From an uncultured Gammaproteobacteria bacterium (GTDB lineage Bacteria > Patescibacteriota > Microgenomatia > Levybacterales > UBA12049): a DNA stretch of 64,000 nucleotides. The notes below the pieces were generated by a model. The model was given only the letters and a program-made list of their open reading frames with translations, did no database searches and was not told where the DNA came from. The stretch spans positions 81,806 to 145,805 of the forward strand of contig CAZKJM010000001.1 of assembly GCA_964553245.1 (NCBI GenBank), read 5' to 3'. Every line of letters begins with the position of its first letter. Within the stretch, counting starts at the first letter, position 1. The translations under genes and the position numbers were made by a program. Below are positions 58,275 through 64,000 of this stretch, piece by piece.

Positions 58275-60572
58275 CTATTTACCTATCTTTTCCATTATAT
58301 AATTTTTTAAGGAAAAATTGGACCTTAATTCATGTTTTTTTGACCAACCTATTAACTCATCATACACATCTGCCTTATTAACTCCAATCCAAAGCTTTTC
58401 ATTTTTATCAATTTTTATTCCTCTTAAGTCATATATTGGAACATCATATATTGATGTAACCACTGGATAATCAAATCTTGAACAGCCAGTCCACCAGCAA
58501 CCTATCCCAAGAGGAATACCATCTTCATCAGTTAAGTTTCTATTATCCATTAAGATACTAATTGCCATACTTGAGCCATAAACAAGGTATTTGTAATCAT
58601 AAAGCTTAAATTTTGAATCAGGGAACTTTTTTACAATCTGATCAATTTTACTGTTTATAATTTCAACTGGACTTTTATTAACAATTGAGTTTTTAATAGT
58701 AATAAAGTTGCATCCAATAATTATTATTAATAGTATTATTGCTGTGTATTTAAACAAAACCTGTTTTATCTTCTTAAAACTAAAATCATAGATTGAATCA
58801 ATAGACCAAGCAGTAAAAATTAATATAAAAGGTAAAAAATACAGGAGGTATCCTTCTGATCTTTCCCCTTTATAAAACCTTCCAACAATAAAGAATATAA
58901 ATAAAATAATTCCCAAAGTAAATAACGGTTTTGAGATTTTATTTATTATACTTTTATAAATAAATATTAATCCTGCAAGAATAATAACCACTGAAGACAA
59001 AAACTTATATCTCCCAACTACAAAAGACCAATAATCCGGGAAGTAATGCGTTAAGTATAGCGTCCAGCTATTTGGAACATAAAGTCTATATTGTCCTATT
59101 AAAAAATAATCCATTAAATTATTTAAATTAGCGAAGTTTTGAAAATAATCCCAATAAAAAAGTGGAAATGACGGAATTAAAAAGCCTAAAACCATTAAAA
59201 AGAAGCTTAAGATTCTTTTTTTAAAATTAAGACTAGGCACAATAAGTATTGCAGGGAAAAATATTAGCAAGTTTAATGCTTGGTAATGCATGCTTAATGC
59301 AATACCTAAAGCAATTCCCATTAAGAACGCGAAAAAAGGTCTTTTTCTTTTCCAAAGTAAAATAAAAAATAATATTAACAATGCTGAAAAAGTAGAAATA
59401 TAAGTATGAGGCGTAAGCATTATCGACCTAATAACTAATTGAGGGGATGTAGCGGCCAATACCCCAAGAATTATAGCTAGTTTTTTGCCGCTAATTAGTT
59501 GCCCCAAATAGATGAAAACTCCTATTGTTAATACTCCGACTATCCCCGTAAAAAAGAAGGGAGCGCTAATTAAGAAAGGAAATAGTACATAAGAAAGCAT
59601 TATAAAGTAATAAAATACAGGACCAAATACAAAAGGACCCGCAGAACTAAATGGACCAACTAAGGGCAATTCCATTCTTCTTAACGCTTCAAGACCAATT
59701 ATCGCATCTCTTGCATTATCTCCTCCTAGTCCCCACCGATTTGGATAATTATAAAATCTTAAGACTATAGAAATTAGTAATATTGTAAATACTAAAACTT
59801 TATACCAGCCTAAATATTTAAGATATGATGCCGGAAATCTAAGAGCAGAAAACAAAGAGAAAACAAACCCTGCCCAAAGATCCATAAATCCCTTGTGGCG
59901 AATAAAGGTAAGCAAAAACCAATAGAAAGGCTTAATTAAAAGGTAGTCAAACCCAGAAATTATTTTTGAAAAGATATTTTTTTTAGATTCTTTTTGTTCT
60001 ATTTCTTTGGCAAATAACTTGTTATAAGTATTCCATTTACTCAAATAATGCTTAAAGTTTTTATATGGGTAATGCAAAAGTGCTCCTTTAAAATACCCAA
60101 CTTTTCCGCTAACTTCTGCTTGCTCATGAACATCTTTTTGAGGAAGTTTTCCTCTGCCACGTTTATAAAATCTTAAGGTGTAATCCGGATATTGTCCGCC
60201 TTTCATTAAAAATCTATGAATAAACCAATTTTTTCTCGGCATCCAATAGCCGGTAAATTCTTTTTTATCGCTTGTTAAAACGTCCACTATTTCCTCTTTT
60301 AGCTCTTTTGATAAATGCTCATCTGCATCCATTTGAAGTATCCAATCCTTAGTTGCCATATCAATTGCCATTTGTTTATTAATGTGAAAATTTGGTTTAT
60401 TGGTGGTTATCTTTATTTTCGCTTTATATTTTTTTGCTATTTCAACAGTCTTATCAGTCGATGAACCATCAACAATAATTATTTCATCAGCAATATCTTT
60501 TAAACTATTAAGACAAGCTGATAAATTTTTTTCTTCGTTATAAGTTGCTAATACAACAGATAATGTCTTCAT
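58275..60572 (-). CDS. Fusion: WaaE/KdtX-like GT2 plus GT-C (PMT_2-like) domain
   Basis: N-terminal ATYNEE, VDGSSTD, MDADE, DVHE; C-terminal RFY..., DNARD, PLVGP, GPVFYY polytopic domain; a single 765-aa ORF. Confidence 0.8.
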   Translation of the reverse strand: MKTLSVVLATYNEEKNLSACLNSLKDIADEIIIVDGSSTDKTVEIAKKYKAKIKITTNKPNFHINKQMAIDMATKDWILQMDADEHLSKELKEEIVDVLTSDKKEFTGYWMPRKNWFIHRFLMKGGQYPDYTLRFYKRGRGKLPQKDVHEQAEVSGKVGYFKGALLHYPYKNFKHYLSKWNTYNKLFAKEIEQKESKKNIFSKIISGFDYLLIKPFYWFLLTFIRHKGFMDLWAGFVFSLFSALRFPASYLKYLGWYKVLVFTILLISIVLRFYNYPNRWGLGGDNARDAIIGLEALRRMELPLVGPFSSAGPFVFGPVFYYFIMLSYVLFPFLISAPFFFTGIVGVLTIGVFIYLGQLISGKKLAIILGVLAATSPQLVIRSIMLTPHTYISTFSALLILFFILLWKRKRPFFAFLMGIALGIALSMHYQALNLLIFFPAILIVPSLNFKKRILSFFLMVLGFLIPSFPLFYWDYFQNFANLNNLMDYFLIGQYRLYVPNSWTLYLTHYFPDYWSFVVGRYKFLSSVVIILAGLIFIYKSIINKISKPLFTLGIILFIFFIVGRFYKGERSEGYLLYFLPFILIFTAWSIDSIYDFSFKKIKQVLFKYTAIILLIIIIGCNFITIKNSIVNKSPVEIINSKIDQIVKKFPDSKFKLYDYKYLVYGSSMAISILMDNRNLTDEDGIPLGIGCWWTGCSRFDYPVVTSIYDVPIYDLRGIKIDKNEKLWIGVNKADVYDELIGWSKKHELRSNFSLKNYIMEKIGK

Positions 60573-62203
60573 CTTTTTATAATTTTATAACTAATAAGAG
60601 AAACAATAAATAATAAACTTATTAAAGAGATTATATCTGAATATGTTCTAACTTTTGTATTTTCAAACACAGCTTCAATTTTATGATTTCTTCCAGTTAC
60701 ATAAAAAGTCATTAGGCCTCTATATTTTGGATCCTGAAACTGAGTTGGTTCTTTTTTGCCGTCAACATAGATTGTCCAATTTGGAAAATATAAAGTATTT
60801 ACTAAAAGTCTTGCGCTATTTATCCCCTCAAATTCATATACTCTATAATTTGTTTTATGAATAACTTCTTTTACTTCTCCCCTTCCTTCAATAACTTGTA
60901 TCGGGGTTGCTGGTTTTTTTTCCATAAACCTAACAGACCAAATTGGTGAACTTTCCCCAGTATCAGTAGTGCTTTCAAAAACTCCAGTATAAAAAGATTC
61001 AGGTTTTATTAAATAACCCTTAGGCTTCATATAGCTTATGCTTAAAAGAAATAATACCGCTATAAGACCAAAAATTACTTTTTTTCTTACTCTTTCTTTT
61101 AAGATAGATACTGTTAATGCTCCAAGAAGTGACATTGAAAAAACAGGAATCGCTAAAAGCCTCCAAGGAAATTGAAAATTTTGCAAAATCATTATTTTTT
61201 CCCATATAAAATTAGACTCAATAAGCATTAAAAATATTCCGACAATGGTGTATATTATTCCAGCTAAAACGAGCCAAAAATTGTTTTTTTTCTTTAGCTT
61301 AAAGTAAAAAAGAGCAATAAATGAAACCAAAAATGATATCCAATGGATTGGACCAAGCTGTACTGTAAATTCACCTGATTGACCATAATTCCAAGGTCCA
61401 TAAATTAATGAATTAAAATCAACAAATCTTCTAATGTATGTCCCTGAAGTTAAAATATTTCTTAATGTATATTTACCTTCAAGCAATGCTGGCAACCAGA
61501 AAAATGCTGATAATAAAAATCCAAGCATAATTGAAGTAAGCGAATAAATTAAATATGATTTTTTAAATTTTAATCTAGACCATAAAAATACTGTATAAAA
61601 AAATAAAAAAGGTAAGAAAATAAGACTTAATGCGTTATGAGCTAAAATTAAAAAAGCCAAAGAAATCGACAGAAGCGAAAAATTAAAAACATTTTGTTTT
61701 TTATACAATTTATATAAAAACAAAAGAATTAATGGTAAAAAGATAAATGCAAAATTTTCTCCAATTGCACCTCTTACGTAAAGGTCAACAAATCTATAGG
61801 GTGCATACACATAAAGAACTCCTCCAAAAATTGCTTCTTCCCTTCTTAGAAACTGAGATAACCATAGATACATAAAATACCCAGATAAAGCGAAACCTAA
61901 AGCAAATACGAGTTTCGTTGAATCTATAAAATTAAATCCTATTAAATGAAAAAGCGAAGCGGTGTACGAAGGTAATGGATATAAAAACATTGGAATTGGA
62001 TGACCATATCCCCAATTAAGATTTCCCGCCCAACGAGGAATAATAATCCCCTCGGATAAACTCTGGTAAAAATTAGCAATTCTTGCAACATGATCTCTAC
62101 CATCATGAGTAAAAGGAAGTCCTTGATTTAATAGTGATATAAGCGGGACTATTAAAACTAAAATAAATACTAAATTTAATATCCAATTTTTAAATCTCTT
62201 CAC
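60569..62203 (-). CDS. PTPS-related/YfhO-like membrane protein (GT-C fold)
   Basis: THDG..H..R, PRW....NWGYG.P...YP, APYRFVDLYVRGAIGE, QFPWRLL, YFPNW. Confidence 0.82.
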   Translation of the reverse strand: MKRFKNWILNLVFILVLIVPLISLLNQGLPFTHDGRDHVARIANFYQSLSEGIIIPRWAGNLNWGYGHPIPMFLYPLPSYTASLFHLIGFNFIDSTKLVFALGFALSGYFMYLWLSQFLRREEAIFGGVLYVYAPYRFVDLYVRGAIGENFAFIFLPLILLFLYKLYKKQNVFNFSLLSISLAFLILAHNALSLIFLPFLFFYTVFLWSRLKFKKSYLIYSLTSIMLGFLLSAFFWLPALLEGKYTLRNILTSGTYIRRFVDFNSLIYGPWNYGQSGEFTVQLGPIHWISFLVSFIALFYFKLKKKNNFWLVLAGIIYTIVGIFLMLIESNFIWEKIMILQNFQFPWRLLAIPVFSMSLLGALTVSILKERVRKKVIFGLIAVLFLLSISYMKPKGYLIKPESFYTGVFESTTDTGESSPIWSVRFMEKKPATPIQVIEGRGEVKEVIHKTNYRVYEFEGINSARLLVNTLYFPNWTIYVDGKKEPTQFQDPKYRGLMTFYVTGRNHKIEAVFENTKVRTYSDIISLISLLFIVSLISYKIIKR

Positions 62204-62223
62204 TTGAATAAATCCTTAAGCTA

Positions 62224-62262
62224 ATCTTAACATATTTAAAGCTGGTTTTTAAATGATATAAT
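62224..62262. promoter_or_regulatory. Divergent extended -10 promoters
   Basis: Plus: TGA-TATAAT-N7-GTG(62270). Minus: TGT-TAAGAT with a short leader containing AAGGA before GTG(62203). Confidence 0.6.
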
Positions 62263-62269
62263 CAAAAAG

Positions 62270-63787
62270 GTGTTTAAAAAAATTACTAAAAAGCTTTGGT
62301 TACTTGCAATTATTATCCCTTCTGTCTTTTATTTCTGGTATGTTTTTAATGGAGAAGCAATTCTTTCTTCAGATATAGCCAGAGACTTCTTGCTTTATTC
62401 AGAGATTACGCAGAAAAAAATTATCTTAATTGGACCAAAATCTAGCGTTATGGGAATCTTTCATGGTCCTTTATGGTTATATCTAAATTATCCAGCGTAC
62501 GCATTGGGTGGAGGAAATCCAGTTGTTATTGAAGCATTCTGGATATTCCTTACTTTTCTTTTTATATATTCATGTTATTTTGTTGGAAAAAATCTTTTTG
62601 ATAAAAATACAGGTTATTTATTCTCGGCAATGGTAGCGCTATATATGTTTTTTCATATAAATCAATTTTACAATCCTATGGGGGCAATGTTTTTAATACC
62701 AATAAATTTTTATTTTTTTATAAAATACCTACAGACTTATAAGAAAAAATTTATCATTGCATACTTTTTGCTTTTAGGACTTATTATCCAATTTGAACTT
62801 GCGATTGGAATTCCGTTTCTAATCCTTTCTATTCTTTATTTATTCATAAAGCTAATAAGATCAAAATATAGAAAACACCTTTTAGCAATTTTTCTAGTAA
62901 TGATTCCTCTATTAAACTATGTTGTTTTTGATATAAGGCACGAGTTTCTTTTAACAAACTCTATTCTTCGTTATCTTTCCCCTGAGAGCGGAGATTCAAT
63001 TAAATACAACTATCTATATATGCTTTATGACCGCCTTAAGTTAATGATTACAAATGTAGAAATACTAAGATCTGACCCAGGAAATAGAAATTTATTAACG
63101 GGACTTATTTTTATTTTCTTTTTAGTTTTGCAATTTAGAAATAAAAAATATAAACAAATTTACTTTCTGTTTTTGTACTTTTATGTCGGTTTTTATGCTT
63201 TAACATTTATAAATAAAGGGCCAGTTTTATATTTTTATATGTTCCCGCTTTTTCCTTTTGTGTTCTTAATTTTTTCATCTTTTATCACATCTAAATATAA
63301 AAGGGTGTTTTTAGCTATTTTTATTATCGTTTACTGCATAAATCTAACTACCTTATTTAAGGATATTAAGATTTTTACAAATACATACTTAGGCAAATCT
63401 GAAACTTCGTGGAAATTTTTATCCACAATGGCAAATAGTCTCTATCAGGGGCCTGAGGAAGGATTTGGGTATTTTGTCTATACTCCTGACATCATTGCGT
63501 ATGGACCAAAATATGCATTATTTTACGAAGAAAAAAGGCATAAAAACAAAAAACCAGTATACTTTGAAAAGAAAAAAATAACCTATATCGTAGTTGCGCC
63601 TCCCGCCAAGGATAATCCGTATCTTTCTTATGAATGGTGGAAAGAACAAAGATTAAATATAAAAAAAGACCCCATAAAAACAATAACTTTTTCAAATGGA
63701 TACAGGATTGAAAAATATGAATTGAATAACCGAGAAGTAAGTGAATCTTTTGATAAAGGAATAGATCCTGGACTTTCTTTTAGATAA
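62270..63787 (+). CDS. GT-C (PMT_2-like) membrane glycosyltransferase
   Basis: SDIARD, LIGP, FHGPLWLY, YNP, FDIRH; same family as the C-terminal half of 58275..60572. Confidence 0.78.
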   Translation: MFKKITKKLWLLAIIIPSVFYFWYVFNGEAILSSDIARDFLLYSEITQKKIILIGPKSSVMGIFHGPLWLYLNYPAYALGGGNPVVIEAFWIFLTFLFIYSCYFVGKNLFDKNTGYLFSAMVALYMFFHINQFYNPMGAMFLIPINFYFFIKYLQTYKKKFIIAYFLLLGLIIQFELAIGIPFLILSILYLFIKLIRSKYRKHLLAIFLVMIPLLNYVVFDIRHEFLLTNSILRYLSPESGDSIKYNYLYMLYDRLKLMITNVEILRSDPGNRNLLTGLIFIFFLVLQFRNKKYKQIYFLFLYFYVGFYALTFINKGPVLYFYMFPLFPFVFLIFSSFITSKYKRVFLAIFIIVYCINLTTLFKDIKIFTNTYLGKSETSWKFLSTMANSLYQGPEEGFGYFVYTPDIIAYGPKYALFYEEKRHKNKKPVYFEKKKITYIVVAPPAKDNPYLSYEWWKEQRLNIKKDPIKTITFSNGYRIEKYELNNREVSESFDKGIDPGLSFR

Positions 63788-63830
63788 AATAATAAAATTA
63801 TAGATTTTTTTGCGATACTTTTAAAATTAT

Positions 63831-64000
63831 TTATTTCTTTAAAAATGCCAAGAGTAAAAGACCAATAAAGCCAAGACAACTTATAAAAACGGCTAAGTAA
63901 AAATATGAGGGAAGATAATTAAATTCAATTGTTGATTCACCTTTTGGAACAATGATTGCCCTAAAATTATAATTAGCTTTATAAATTTTAACATCTTTTC
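63831..64000 (-). CDS. YfhO-family membrane protein, 3' end (begins beyond window)
   Basis: Manual translation ...KDVKIYKANYNFRAIIVPKGESTIEFNYLPSYFYLAVFISCLGFIGLLLLAFLKK*, a typical YfhO C-terminus. Confidence 0.75.
   Translation of the reverse strand, partial: KDVKIYKANYNFRAIIVPKGESTIEFNYLPSYFYLAVFISCLGFIGLLLLAFLKK

Noticed and set aside
6099-64000. Classical LPS O-antigen or Wzy-capsule locus
   Set aside because: No lipid A/core, Wzz, Wza/Wzc or ABC export genes seen; GT-C enzymes dominate.
1-64000. tRNA, rRNA, riboswitch, IS or prophage elements
   Set aside because: Intergenic gaps are nearly all under 70 nt (largest about 165 nt, explained by the mraZ promoter); no such genes or structures were recognised.

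Overview
AT-rich bacterial chromosome segment. Gene content and synteny (ftsL-like/rsmH/mraZ, alpha2-type GlyRS, short RecO, DUF4012) suggest Patescibacteria/CPR, probably Microgenomates; this is inference. After about 4 kb of housekeeping genes, the remaining ~60 kb is one very large cell-surface glycosylation locus, mostly on the minus strand and tightly coupled. It encodes an initiating phosphoglycosyl transferase, ManC, a Wzx flippase, many GT2/GT4 enzymes, three polyprenyl-phosphate sugar synthase-like GT2s and about 12 GT-C-type membrane proteins, including two unusual fusions. The central block (~27.9-50 kb) is an unusual rare-sugar pathway: NeuB/NeuC with no CMP-synthetase or recognisable sialyltransferase, a UDP-GlcNAc 4,6-dehydratase, an ElaA/ElaC (PtmF/PtmA)-like redox pair, an FkbM methylase, a YerE-like ThDP enzyme, a split transketolase, RfbF/RfbG, and a His-type 3-dehydratase lacking most Fe-S ligands. 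The leading hypothesis is that an unactivated nonulosonic acid serves as the 2-oxo-acid donor for a very large C4-branched sugar. Also seen: about 12 genes with a -10 box 6-7 nt upstream of the start codon (apparently leaderless transcripts), MraZ boxes, and in-gene 7-nt tandem repeats. No rRNA, tRNA, CRISPR or transposase was seen.
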